A DNA stretch of 64,000 nt from Camelus ferus (GCF_009834535.1 NC_045696.1:60824001-60888000); one strand, 5' to 3'; positions 1 to 12,088 are shown, counted from the first letter of the stretch. Notes: generated by a model from the letters alone, not told the origin. Made by a program: numbers and translations.

Positions 1-11
1 TCCCAGCAGGC
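1..11 (-). other. RPL35A: Start of RPL35A exon 2 (5'UTR; runs off the window)
   Basis: Minus strand ttttgtttgttttaaag|GCCTGCTGGGA. Joining to exon 1 gives ..GTGGAG GCCTGCTGGGA, as recalled for RPL35A mRNA. Confidence 0.8.
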
Positions 12-824
12 CTTTAAAACAAACAAAAATAATCAGTTTAAAACCTTGCAAAGTGCATTTCCCACGTAGTCTCCTCCGGAAAAGCACCCCAAATTCAGAG
101 ACTGCCTGATAGCTAAGCAAACTCCAAAATGAAGACAAAAACAAAAAGTGGCAAGGCTCCACACTAAAATCACTGACTGAACCAAATATGCTACATGGAT
201 GAGGGAGAATGAGAGTAGGGAAGTATGTATATGTGGGTGGGGAGGGCTATGTTGGAGCTCTGTATTTTCTGCTCAATTCTGCTGTAAATCTAAGACAATT
301 CTAAAAAAATTAAGTCTATCAAAAACAAAAGACTCCACACCAAAAGAAGTAACTCCTAGAAATCCCAAAGGAAGCCTTAAAAATAATTCATGCCATCCAT
401 GATCAGCCAAAAAAAGGAGTCAAAAGCACACAGAAAGTAAGTTTTAAGCACTGAACGCAAAAGAAAAGCTAAGGAAAGACTGGGAACAAGCCAAACCAGG
501 TTTGGAGTAGGAGTAAATGGACAATGAACCTTGCCTAAAAGAGCCACTGCTTCAGAAGGGGAACTGCTGCCAGACAAAATGCATCTACTTCCCTCCCCTG
601 GGGCCCGGGAACCAACTTCTATTGCAGCAGCACCGGATCTAGGCGATCAGGGGACCAGCACCATCAGTACCGTATCGCCTCCATCCTGTCCTCCCTGTTG
701 CTGAAGTCCCTAGAAATCATTAGCTGGTAGAGCCTCGGAGCCGCACCAGTGCCTCGCCGAGGAACAGAATCGAATCCAACCTAATTATTTACCCCCAAAG
801 TTCGGCAGCTGGAGCCCCACTCAC

Positions 825-857
825 CTCCACAGTCTCCAAGATGGCTGAAAGAGAAAG
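825..857 (-). other. RPL35A: RPL35A non-coding exon 1 with 5'TOP tract
   Basis: Minus strand reads CTTTCTCTTTCAGCCATCTTGGAGACTGTGGAG|gtgagt: a pyrimidine start, similarity to the human RPL35A 5'UTR as I recall it (..GCCATCTTGGCTCCTGTGGAG), and a canonical donor at 824-819. The transcription start is uncertain by a few nt. Confidence 0.85.
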
Positions 858-1115
858 GCGAGGCCCTGCCGCGCGGCCTTGTGGGTAAACAGCTCCCCGT
901 CCCGCCCCCATTTAGTCATCTTCCGCGATCGCCAAAAAAAAAAATAAAGCCTGAGACATCGTCTTCTGACTGAAATAAGCAACGTTCAAGAGCACTTGTA
1001 CCATTCTTTCCCTAAGTTATTTTATCTTCGTAAGCTGCAACATGTAATATTTTGGGACAGAGGGAGGCAAATTTGTAGACAGCTAAAGGAAAAGAACAGG
1101 TCCTTGAAGTTGTGC

Positions 1116-1129
1116 GTTGCCACAGAAAC
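1116..1129. promoter_or_regulatory. RFX X-box-like motif
   Basis: GTTGCCACAGAAAC resembles the X-box GTTNCCATGGNAAC and lies upstream of a motile-cilia/flagella gene. Confidence 0.55.
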
Positions 1130-1239
1130 ACTTTAGCTTGGTTCCCGCGCCGTCGCGTGCTGCAGGTGGAAAAGTGAAGCCGGACTGGAGGACGTCCCCC
1201 GCTTCGGGTACCCGAGATTTGATTCGCCAACAAGGGAGT

Positions 1240-1283
1240 ATCTTTACTCTTTACCACACAGATCTTTACTCTTTACCACACAG
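1240..1283 (+). repeat. Perfect 22-bp tandem duplication
   Basis: ATCTTTACTCTTTACCACACAG at 1240-1261 and 1262-1283. Confidence 0.95.
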
Positions 1284-1654
1284 GAGTAGAGTGAAAAGAG
1301 ACTCTCGCATCCTAGCCAGGAGGAGAAAGGCCGCAATTACGAAGGCAGGAGGAGGGAACTTTTCCTTCTCTTTACCTCCCCTCTTCCCCCGCCCCGCATT
1401 CCTTTATTTCAAGAAATGGCTTAAGTTCTTACCTCCATTCTTCATTTGATTCCGAGGGTGAAAAGCACTGCCCTGAAAAGGCCTGTTGCCTTTTAAGGAG
1501 AACTCATTCAGCTGCCAAACTCTCGGAGCGCGCTGACCACCGTGCCCACCTGTAATAGGTGTTCAGTAAATCCTTGTAGACTAGAATGGGATAGATTAGT
1601 GGACGTCAGAGATTTACATTTCCTAATTAATGCACATTTATTTGGGTTGCCCTA

Positions 1655-2420
1655 TTATATTCATTCATTTTTTTTCCCAATAAATAATTTGTTGAATGAG
1701 TACCATGTACCGAGCATAGTTCTTGTCTTGGAGGACGCCGCAGTAAACAAAACAACAAATCTCTGTCCTTATGGAGCTTACATCCTAGTAAGGAGAGTGA
1801 GACAGTGAGTAAAATATATGGCACATTAGGTGATGTGAGGAAAAATGTTCTCTGTGGAGATTGTCCCCAGATGGGGCAAATGGCAGATACCTAACAAAAT
1901 GCCACTGATTTAACTTGGGACCTGATGGATCAGTGGGACCCTGCAAGGTGAAAAGGTGAGGGGTAGAGTGGTTCAAGTTGAAGGAATAGCATAAGCAAAG
2001 ACCCTGAGTTGAAAGGGAGCATGATTCCATAGAAGAAAAAAGCCCACTGAAGCTGCAGTTAGGAGAGCAATAAAAACGCATTGCCAGATGGATCTGGAGA
2101 GGAACAGAGGAGCCCAGATCATGCAGGCCCTACGGTCCAAGTTAAGAATTTTAGTTTTTGCTCTAAGGAAACCACTGAAGGGTTCTAAGGAGAGACATGA
2201 TGAGATTTTCAATTTTAAAAGATGAGTCCTTCATTTAATAAAGAGCATTTTTATTTGGAGGCTATTAGTCCAAGCAAGGAACAACAGCTCGATCCAGCAT
2301 GGTGTTGGGGGATATGGAAATAGAAGGTAGAATCCACAGGACTTGGCGATCGTTTGAACTGGGGGAATGCTGATGTCAGGATAAAGGAGGAAGCAGAAAT
2401 GACTCCTGAGTTTCTGGTAT
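1655..2420 (-). mobile_element. L2 fragment
   Basis: Inverted L2 3' end (cattcatt..) followed by typical L2 3' region sequence. Confidence 0.65.
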
Positions 2421-3236
2421 TGAGGAATGAGAAGCCAGAAAGCTCTGGATTCTGCATAAGCATAGCCCTGTCTTACCTATCTGACACACATTTACCTATG
2501 CCCCAAGCCTAAAAATGGAAAATAAACAACAACACAGCAAAAGAACAAAATCTTAACCCCACACCACTTCCTCCTATGATTGCTCTTGTACCAGAAAATT
2601 TGGCTAGTTTGGAGTATCTTTTTTTCAGTTTACCTAAAGTTTAATTTTTGCATACAAGATGTTTGTTGAATGAGACAAACTTGTACTACCCTCCTCAGGA
2701 TCACTTTATTGTGGACAAAAATCACACTGGAAACTTACCACTCACTGTTCATTCAATATAGAACAAAATTCTCCATAGGGTGTTCTCACTGTAAAGCTTA
2801 TGTAAGCAGAAAGGACTTTGTTTTACTGGGGAGGGGTAACATCTTGATAGCAGTATTATGTTGATTTTCAGGATAAATACAGTTTTTCTAAGTGCAATCT
2901 CAGTTGTTTTTCTATGTCTGGGTACAAGAAATTCTGTTACCTGGCAGATCGGGGTATAGGGCAACCTACATAATTATTTTAGTAATTGGAATAACAGAAA
3001 AGTAAATCTGTTTTATAAAGATTACCAATTAATACTCAGAATGCATTTAAAAAGCCAGGTTAGACATTAATTTACCTTAAGAAGAAGCTTGAAGATTGCA
3101 TTTATCTGCCAGTAATTGAGCTGACTGCTTAACAGACCCGTGCCGCATGAGGGCAATGGTTCTTCCGTCTCTGGGACTGCTCTGCTAAGCAAAAAGAGGG
3201 GACAAACCATAGCTCTTGAAATTCTTTCATTTTCTC

Positions 3237-3374
3237 CTTTTTTAGAAAAACATTTTTTTGGTGGGGGGAGGTAATTAGGTTTATTTATCTATCTTAATGG
3301 AGGTACTGGGGATTGGACCCAGAACCTCATGCATGCTAGGCAAGCACTCTACCACTGAGCTATACTCTCCCCCA
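3237..3374 (-). mobile_element. tRNA-derived SINE (Vic-1-like)
   Basis: tRNA-like head GTATAGCTCAGTGGTAGAG..GGTCCAATCCCCAGTACCTCC and cctaattacctcccc tail. TSD CTTTCAT(T/C)TTCTC. Confidence 0.85.
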
Positions 3375-3516
3375 CTTTCATCTTCTCTTAATGAAACGTT
3401 ATAGAATGTCATTCAACTCTCCCTTGAACTAATCTCAATGTTTTCTTCCCACTTTAGGTGATTGCATTATTGTGAAATTATAAATGTACCATGGAGATTT
3501 AAAAAACTAAAGAAGA

Positions 3517-3524
3517 ATGGAAGA
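3517..3524 (+). CDS. IQCG: IQCG coding exon 1 (ATG GAA GA); whole exon 3458-3524
   Basis: Acceptor ttttcttcccactttag at 3457 and donor GA|gtatgt. Splices in frame to 4441 giving [16 protein letters not shown], like human [16 protein letters not shown]. Confidence 0.85.
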
Positions 3525-3589
3525 GTATGTTCATATTCTAATTTATTTTATATATATGTATATATATATATAATGCCTTATGTTAAATT

Positions 3590-4088
3590 TCTGTATATTA
3601 TTTACCTGTGGCTGTGTAACTTAGTGACAAATTATAAGCATTTATCATTTTACAGTTTTGTGGGTCAGGAATTTGGGAGCAGATTAATTGGATGGTTCTG
3701 TTTTGGAGTCTCTCATAAGTTGAAGCTGGCCAGGGCTGCAATCATCTGAAGACTTCACTGGGGTTAGAGGGTCCACTTCCATGATGGCTCATTTACAGAA
3801 CTGGCAAATTGATGCTGACTGTTGACGAGGGGCCTTAGTTCCTCACCCTCATGAACCTCTTCACAGGGCTTCTTAAGTATCCTTGTGACAGGCAGCTGGC
3901 TTCCCACAGAGTGAGAGATATGAGGGAGTAATGGAGAAGCTTTAGTGTATCAAAATCACCTAGCCTTAGAAACCACAGTATCCTTTTGGTTACATAGGTT
4001 AGTCCTATTCAATGTGTGTAAGACTACAAAAGGGTATGAATACAAGAAGGTGAGAATCATGTGGGCCACCTTGGAGAGTGGCTACTAC
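3590..4088. mobile_element. MaLR MLT1-type LTR
   Basis: Typical 'acagttttgtgggtcaggaatttgggagc..atgatggctca..gggccaccttggagagtggctactaca'. Confidence 0.7.
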
Positions 4089-4440
4089 ATTCCATTTTTC
4101 ACTAATCATGAAAAAATTTTCTTTAGTATCTAAAGATGTTGCTAGAAAAAAGTTTATTTTGGCTCAAGCTCAAGTGGGTTAAGCATGGCCAAATATCCTG
4201 GGCTACATATCTTTATTAAACTAGTAAGTTGCTGGCCTTTGGGAGGTCAGAATGTCCCTGGGAAGTATTTAGCAGAAACATATACAAACAAGCAAACTAC
4301 TTTTGTTCCTTATTGTGGTTGTATTATATGACAACATGGACTTCTCAGGAGCCAATGCACATGCTGTCTGTGCTTTTGAGTTTAAGTAATTTTTAAACAT
4401 TTGGTAGCTGACTTATTTTTTTTCTTTATTCTTTCTTTAG

Positions 4441-4708
4441 AGGCCAACTGGAAGCCTCAAATCTTCCTCCAAAAGTCTGGCAATCTGAGGTGACATTGTC
4501 AGTAACAGGTGAACCACCTACTGCTACAGAAGAACATGAAGAGACAGCCAGAGAAACAGACATAGAAATCATCCCAGAAATCACAAAGCCACTCTCCATC
4601 CTAGATGTGCTAAGGATCTCTGCAGTTCTGGAGGACACCATAGATCAGCTCTCTATTCTAAACTATATCATTACAGTTCAGTATGAAAAGAGACAAAGCA
4701 TCAACATG
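4441..4708 (+). CDS. IQCG: IQCG coding exon 2
   Basis: Long pyrimidine tract plus AG at 4440. Encodes ..[34 protein letters not shown]. Donor ATG|gtatat. Confidence 0.93.
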
Positions 4709-6520
4709 GTATATACACTAGCCATCATTTAATTTTTTCTTTCTTTCCTTTTTATTTCTCCATCATTTTCAGTACATATGCCATTACACTTAACTTGGGA
4801 AATGGCACCTTCATATCAGATGAAGGGCTACAGTAATTATCTGAGATATGTACTCTCAGTTAATGGAGTGAACTATAGCTCAAGGTATGTTACCAGTCAG
4901 AATATCTTTTTCTTCCACTACATTGGCATTATTCAAAAAGGCCTATAGATAAATCAGTATAAATACTACATATATACTGAGGAGATCAGAAGAGTAATTG
5001 AGTTGTCTCACTTTGTATTTCTCAGCTGCTAAAAGCTAACTGAACAGTAGGGGAAGGAAATTCAACTGGACCCTCTCAATGTTGCTTTCATCTAAAATGA
5101 CTTTGTTGTTGCTAAATATGTTGTAACCTACCTTTTTGATTATCCAGCCACATCATCATGTCAGCCATGACATCTTCAATGATGTTATGGACTCCTCAAA
5201 GCACCACTGAGCTATTAAAAACTCAACTTGGTGATTAGCAAAATCTTTATAAATCCTTAACCTCTTACAAATTTTAGTAACTTAAGTTGTAGATATAAAA
5301 TAGAAAATTTATAAATACAAATACGTATTTATTAAGTTTAACAAAATTATACAATTTGTACAAAAGATATTCTTATTTCTGATTCTATGATAAATGAAAA
5401 TTGCTAAATAAATGAGAGCATAAATTGCTTTTCATGCCTAACAAAAGAAATCCATATTTATTGTGAACAGAAATTAAATTTGCCTTTAATTGCCCTTTAC
5501 AATTTAAAATTATTATTATTACTATTACTATTTGTATAACCTGGGTTCATAAAGCTTTTATTAAAGTTTTAAAAGCTTATACAAAATTTTAATAGAAAAC
5601 TGTATTTGGATTTAGGAGACCTTTATGGTTTTAGTTGTGTGCTGTGAGCAATTCATTTCACTTTCACGGTCTTAGTTTTCTCATTTGTAAGTTGTGATGG
5701 AGTTTTAACTGAATGATCTATATGGTCCCTTCCAATGCTAATGTTCTATGAGTTCAGGGGTAGTTTTAAAATATTAATGGGTATTATAGGAATCTTACAA
5801 CAAATTAATTTCCTCATTAACTTATGAAAAGCAAAGATATTGGAAACCCAAGAACTAAGCCTTCCAATGCATTTGAAATGAGTATAATTCTTAAATTAAG
5901 CTAGTTAACAAATAGTACAGAAGACACTAGTGTTTCATTCCTATTGTCGTCTTCAGTAAGATTCAAAAATAAAAAGGGAAGATACTCAGTTAACAAGGTA
6001 AAATTTTATCAATGATATTTACTGTCAGGCTTAAAAAAGGGTAACTTGCCATTATAGAAACTCGACAGAGAATGAAAAACCCAAATTTATAAACAGCATT
6101 CAGCAGTGGTCACCACTCCTTAACTAAAAGAACAAAACTTTTGCAGTTTTATTCTGGTTTATGGTAGTGATCTTCACCCCCAAAAATTTCTGAGTTAACA
6201 GATGCCCTGCTTATGATTTTATAGAAGCATATAAATAGTAAAGGCTTGCACTCTTATTTTGATTAATAGCAGCTTAGAAGCCCCTTTCTCAATGTTAGTT
6301 CTATAACTTTTAAAAATTTTGAATCTCTTAAAATAATTTTTTATTTTTTACATTATAGTACTATAGTTGTTCTAACTCATGAATTTTTACAATACCATTG
6401 CCCTACAGGGCATAGTATATATGTGGATGTTTTCTCTCCCCAAAAGCTTCACATAACAAATAACACATAACAACCACCTTGAGATCACAGTTTAGTTAGC
6501 ATTATCCCTCTTTAACAGCC

Positions 6521-7026
6521 TTTTTTCTTTTTTCTTTTTTCTGAAAAGCACTTGATAACATTTAATGAATCTCCCACCACGTGGCTTCACCCACACCCTT
6601 AATTGGCTCAGCTCTCCTGCTGAAGAATCTGGTCTTACATGATAATTGGCTGTCCTGGACGCTTCACCTTCCCTAGAACTTTGTAGGATGTCGATCACAC
6701 CACGTCAAAGATAGGAGCCGCTCCAGTCTGGTTCTTGGCTGCAGTCAGCCGTGATTGCTCCCTGACCAGGGTCCACAGTTTGTCAAGGTTGACAGTTGGG
6801 CAGAAGCTCTGTTTCTTTAAGGGGTGATGCTTCTTACTAATTTCCCCAAAGTGTCCGAGGTGATGCTGATGTTTGTGCTGTGGTGACGCAGGCCACCGGC
6901 ACGCCTCCCAGGTGCTTCCGGTGTTTATGATGCGGGGGTTGGGGGGGTGGCTGTGGCTCACGTGCCCCTAAGTTTCCGTGTCTTCCTTAGTCTGGGTGGC
7001 ATGTTGGTGACGGAGACGACAGAGAC
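6521..7026 (-). pseudogene. RPL27A: Processed pseudogene of ribosomal protein L27a
   Basis: ATG at 7002 gives [13 protein letters not shown]. Later segments [33 protein letters not shown] match RPL27A. Intronless and frameshifted, with ATTAAA at 6566-6561, an A-tail at ~6521-6540, and TSD ACAGCC(T/A)TTTTT at 6515 and 7027. Confidence 0.93.
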
Positions 7027-8249
7027 ACAGCCATTTTTATAGTTAAAGATAGTTCCAAATAGATCTTCATTTAGTAGAATCATGGGATGGAACGATGAAA
7101 AATATACTTATGTACCAAGTTCTGCCAGAAGTGGGAGTAATTGATCCAAAGTTTGGAAGAATTCCCTTGTAGAGTATACTGTTGTTCTTATCTTTTCCCT
7201 TAGGGTTTAATACCCTACCATACAAGGGAGTGAATGGACTAGAATATTTAGCTAGTTCCTTTAAGTTCTCTTCTAAAATTTTGTATTTATTTCTAGTAAT
7301 AGAAATCGGGCTGTTAGACACATTTGCTTCCTTTTCCAGATGCCCAAGCACAAAGGTAGAGGAACAATGCTCATGGCAGTCAGGAAAACCAACCTTTTCA
7401 GGCCTTACATTTCTCATTCCTTCCCTAGACAACATCTAAAGTAATAACCAACCACATACTTAAACTTAAGTTTCAGTTTAATTGTTGAAATTCTATGGCT
7501 TCTGTTCTCTTTGTAGTCGATCATACCAATTTTAATTTAAAGAAGTATTTTAAAATTTAGTTCTTATTTAAGGCAGCATTTTGTTTTGTACTTGCCTTAT
7601 GAATGTTTTCCCCAGATCTGAATCTTTGCTTACTGTTGATATAAGGAAAAATACTATTAGGTCTGTGTTTATTAACCTATATGGATAGTTTTTTAACATG
7701 TCTGGGCTAATTGAAGTTTGGCTAAGGAAGACCTAGGCTTTATATAGCAATATGCATGTAAACTTTTCTTCTGTGCATAGGATCGGCACAAGAATTTCAG
7801 AAATTATATAAAATGAAGAACTTACATAGCTTTGTGTGCTGTTCTAAATGCTTTATTTATTTATTTAATCCTCATAATAAATACATGAGGGCAATGGGAA
7901 AATGGAGGCATAGAAATGTTAGTTGCCTAAAGTCAATGTGGCTTAGTAACAGCTAGGGCCAGGATTTAAACAAGGAAGTCTGGCTTCAGAGTCTATTTGC
8001 ATAGCATAATCACTGTGTTATATGGCTTCCCATTGGCTCAAGATTTTAGCCACAGATTAAATAGGAATCATAAATTAAAAAGACATATCCTGTTCCTATG
8101 ATAATGCTTACTCCTTACTATTCAAGTTTGGGTCTGAAAAAATTAATTATTTTGGCTTTTCCCCACATGAACTTCAAAATCTATACCACCCCACTAAATA
8201 TACTATTAGCTCCTACTCTTTGGTATGATTCTCCTTTCATTCTTTATAT

Positions 8250-8565
8250 AAGGGTCTCTCGTATCTGCAGGTTCCACATCTGTAGATTCAAACAACTGTG
8301 GATTGAAAATATTCCAAAAAAAAATTCTAGAAATTTCCAAAAGGCAAAACTTGAATTTGCTGTATGCTTGGAGCTATTTACATAGTATTTACATTGTATT
8401 AGGTAGTATAAGTAATCTAGAGAAGTATAGGAGAGGATGTGTATATTATATGCAAATACTATGCCATTTTATATAAGGGACTTGGGCGTCTGTGGATTTT
8501 GGTCTCCTTGAGGGTTAGGGGGAATTCTGGAACCAATCCCCCACAGATACCAAGGAATGACTATA
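8250..8565. mobile_element. MER2-like (Tigger) DNA transposon
   Basis: 'tatctgcaggttccacatctgtagattcaaacaac..ggaaccaatcccccacagataccaagg'. Confidence 0.72.
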
Positions 8566-9055
8566 TTTCAAATTCATGTGTTCAATGAACATTTGAATCT
8601 TTACTATACTATAGACGTTTTCCAATGGGATTATAAAGGTGGTCACATTGATTTACTATCCAGTTTTGTTGCAGAAAGAATTTAAGGTGAACCAAGATCT
8701 CTAAGAGACAGTCCCTTCCTTCATAGAGTTTACAATCTAATGGTGATATTTTTACAAATAATTACAGATGGTAAATGTCTGCTAATAGAGATGTTTCACA
8801 GAGATTTTTACCTTTAGTCATAGTCTTAAAGTCTACCATGTTGGGGAATGATGGAGGGGATGTTGTCTAAAGGCAAGAAGACACAAAACAGCAGGGCATG
8901 TAGTTTGATATGGCTGAAGAAAAGGGTAATTTTGTGGTAGTAATATTACAAGAGGGAGAAGATTGGGTTCAAAATGTAGGCAGAGGCCCTCATATAGCGT
9001 TGTTTCTTTACTTTTTAAAACTGTCTTAATGTAAAACATCATTTATTGTTTTTAG

Positions 9056-9279
9056 AAGAATAACAAAGAAATGCATTTAGAAGTAAAAAACTTAGAAAAA
9101 CTTCCAGTTGTCTCAAAAACCTCAAAAGTACCCAATCCATTCTTACATAAAGAAGAACTCAAGTTGCCAGAAATCAGACAAGGAGGCCAATTTAACAAAG
9201 TGCAAGATCTTATCTTCAGAAGACCTACAGGGCAGATCATAATGAGTACAGAGACACTGAAGAAAATTCAAATTGATAG
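9056..9279 (+). CDS. IQCG: IQCG coding exon 3
   Basis: tttttag|AAG AAT. Encodes [21 protein letters not shown]. Donor AG|gtaagg. Alternative NAGNAG start at 9059. Confidence 0.92.
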
Positions 9280-9497
9280 GTAAGGAAGGAGAGCATACTT
9301 GGAAATGTGATAATGTATCTCTAGATGGATGAAGAGTGGATGCAAGAGTGGCTGACTGCTCTCTTCTCTCATAGATTGGTCATTGTATCCAAGTGACTGC
9401 TGATAATAGGATTAGCCAAAGATTGCCCAGGGCAAGAGTGGTATAATTGAAAGTATGGTGGCTACATGATTGGGCAAGTTACTGAGACTTTGTTTCC

Positions 9498-9592
9498 TTT
9501 TTTTTTTTTTTAATGGAGGTACTGGGGATTAAACCCAGTACATCTTTCGTGCTAAGCATGCCCTCTACCACTGAGCTATACCCAGCAGCCCT
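9498..9592 (-). mobile_element. tRNA-derived SINE, short form
   Basis: Same head followed directly by poly(A). TSD CTTTGTTTCC at 9488 and 9593. Confidence 0.8.
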
Positions 9593-9919
9593 CTTTGTTT
9601 CCAATTTTTAAAAATGAAAATAATAGTAACTTTGCAACATTAGTGTGAGGATTAGTAAGATGTCTTCAGCCAAGTGCCTGGCACAAATTGGTAGCTATTA
9701 TGATGCTTTCTCCATTAATAAGGGATAGATACCACCAGAGTAGCCAAATTTTAAACTATGTTTTAATCCTAAAGGCTTCTTAAAGGCAATCTTAATTTGC
9801 ATTGTCTCATTATTCAGTTTTTTGTTGTCACCTGGCTTGCTGACAAAGTCTGTTAAAGTTTAAAAGAGGATATACCCTTATGGTAAGAATTCTTGGAAAA
9901 TAAGAGTTTATAGCAATTA

Positions 9920-10110
9920 TCCAGAGCCACTAGCCAGATCCAGCCTGTAGTCTATTTTTGAAAATAAAAGTTTTATTGAATACAGCATTGCCCATTTGTT
10001 TACATATCGTCTATGACTGCTTTCATGCTGCAACAGTAGACTCGAGTAGTTGCAACAGAGTTTATGATCTGCAAAACCAAAAACATATACTATTTGTCTG
10101 CTTACCTCTG
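9920..10110. mobile_element. MER58-like hAT MITE (second copy ~44150-44365)
   Basis: 'aaataaaagttttattgaatacagcattgcccatttgtttacatat..gagtagttgcaacagag'. Confidence 0.7.
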
Positions 10111-11238
10111 CTTTAGACCCTCACCAGAAGGGCAATATCTCTTGTTAAAATCAATCTAACCCAGATTTGCATACATGATAGAACAGGGTCCTGTTTATAA
10201 ACTGTCCAATCTAGTTAATGTCCTTTCATTCCCAGTATGTTGGATCATATTTTATCAATTGATCTCTTGACTTCATTGTACTTTTTTCTTAATATAGTTA
10301 TTGAATCTTTTTGTGTGAACCATTGGAAATAAATTATTACGTAAAATAGTAAAGTGTAATTCTTGCTGATTCCATATCAAAACATTTAAGTAGCAGTTTT
10401 AAAAATTCTCTCTACCTAGGAGAATACATAAAGAGTAAAGGACTAGGGGTCAGGAAACCTGGATTAAATAGTTCTAGCTCTTTCTCAAACTGGTTTTGTG
10501 ACCTTGGGCAAGTCATTTAACCTTCCTGAGCCTGGGTTTACTCATCTCTAAAATGTGTTGTATTAGCTCTTAAAGAAAAAAAAAAATTAAGTGATTTAAC
10601 TTTTTCAATATTATGAAATATTTCAAAAAAAGAAAAATATAAAGAATAAAATAATGAATATTTATGTATGTAACCACCAAATCTCAACATTTTACCATGA
10701 TTGCTTTAGAGCTTATTTTCCCCAAATAAAATACTTTAGATATAATTGAAGCCTCTGATCCTTGTCCCCTCACTCTTCCCACAAAGATTTTTTTTGAATT
10801 TGTTGTTTATTATTCTCTTGCATGCTGTGATACTTTTATTAGCTATATACTGTTTTATTTAAACAGTACATATAGTTTTACATGTTCTTAAATGTTGTAC
10901 CCATAGTTTCATACTGTATATTCCAGGTCTGTTAGTCCTTGGTATGTAAACTTTTTTCAGGTTAGGAATTTCTCTTTTTATTTCTAGTTTGCTAAGAGTT
11001 TTTCTTGTTTGTTTTTAAATGATGTGATGATCATATGGCTTTTTTTTTTTTAGCCTTTTGTCTTTATTAATTTGATGAATTCCATTAACAGATTTTCTAA
11101 TACTAAACTTATTTTTGCATCAAGAATAATTCCAACTTAGTTATGATGTTCCTACTGGGTCTTGTATGACTTCTGTAGCCCTTTGTGAATACATGGAAAT
11201 ATATGTTATTGATTCAACCTTTTTGTTTCTCCTTATAG

Positions 11239-11367
11239 GCAATTTTTCAGTGATGTAATCACTGAGACCATGCAGGAGTTGCAAAATTCAGGCACTTTCA
11301 TCAATCTTCTGAAAGCTTTGGGCAAAGAGAGGGAAAACAAAATGCATTTCTATGATATCATTGCCAG
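11239..11367 (+). CDS. IQCG: IQCG coding exon 4
   Basis: ccttatag|G CAA TTT. Encodes [32 protein letters not shown]. Donor AG|gtcaga. 129 nt, phases consistent. Confidence 0.95.
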
Positions 11368-11734
11368 GTCAGAGTAATTTTAGGTTTATTTGCTTTGTTG
11401 TATTTTAAAGTGCTGTAAAACTCTCACTGGAAGTCTTTAATTTCTAAAGCAAATCAAGTTTGTGTTTTCTAGGGAAGATAACTAGAAGTCAGAAATTTGG
11501 GTTCTATTCCTAGCTCTGCGGGAACAGTAACTCAATTTCTGGGCTTCAGTTGTTTGTGTCTACAATATATAAAGTACAATATATGTACTACAATTGGGTA
11601 GTGTATAATCTATAGTTGTGTTTTGGCAATGACAATCTCAAGATTCTAGTTAAATTCATGTTTTCTAAAAATTCCTGAGTAGCAATATTTCTCTAGCTGC
11701 AATTTAGTGATAAGGTTTTTTTTGTTGTTGTTGT

Positions 11735-12088
11735 TGCTATAGACTGAATATTTGTGCCCCCTCCCTCCACAACCTTAATTTTTTAAAATCCTAACCCCCA
11801 ATGTGACAGTATTAGGAGGTGGGACCTTTGGAAGGTCTTGAAGGTGGAGCTCTTGCCAATGGGATTAGTGCCCTTATAAGAGAGAACCAGGAAAGCCCCC
11901 GCTCCCCTTCTGTCATGTAAAGACACAATGAAAATGGCCATTTGTGAACCAAGAAGCAAGTCCTTACCAGACACTGAATCTGCTAGCACCTGGATCTTCA
12001 CAGCCTCCAGAAGTGTGAGAAATCAGTTTCTTTGTTTATAAGCCACCCAATCTATGATATTTTTTTAATAGCAGGCCGAGCCAAGACA
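11735..12088. mobile_element. MaLR MLT1A/B-type LTR
   Basis: 'tgctatagactgaat..cctaacccccaatgtgacagtattaggaggtggg..gtttataagccaccc..aagaca'. Confidence 0.78.

Larger units (their letters stand above)
600..1545. promoter_or_regulatory. CpG-rich divergent promoter region of RPL35A/IQCG
   Basis: CpG-dense against an AT-rich background. YY1 core AAGATGGC 838-845, GC box CCCGCCCCC 901-909 and ETS-like CTTCCG 920-925 are typical of ribosomal protein promoters. Confidence 0.8.

Noticed and set aside
12..824. snoRNA in RPL35A intron 1
   Set aside because: I saw no convincing C/D or H/ACA box arrangement. Part of the intron (~185-310) looks like an old L1 3' end.
7067..7435. 122-aa minus-strand ORF
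   Set aside because: Intronic, with no recognisable domain or splice context. Its length is within chance expectation.
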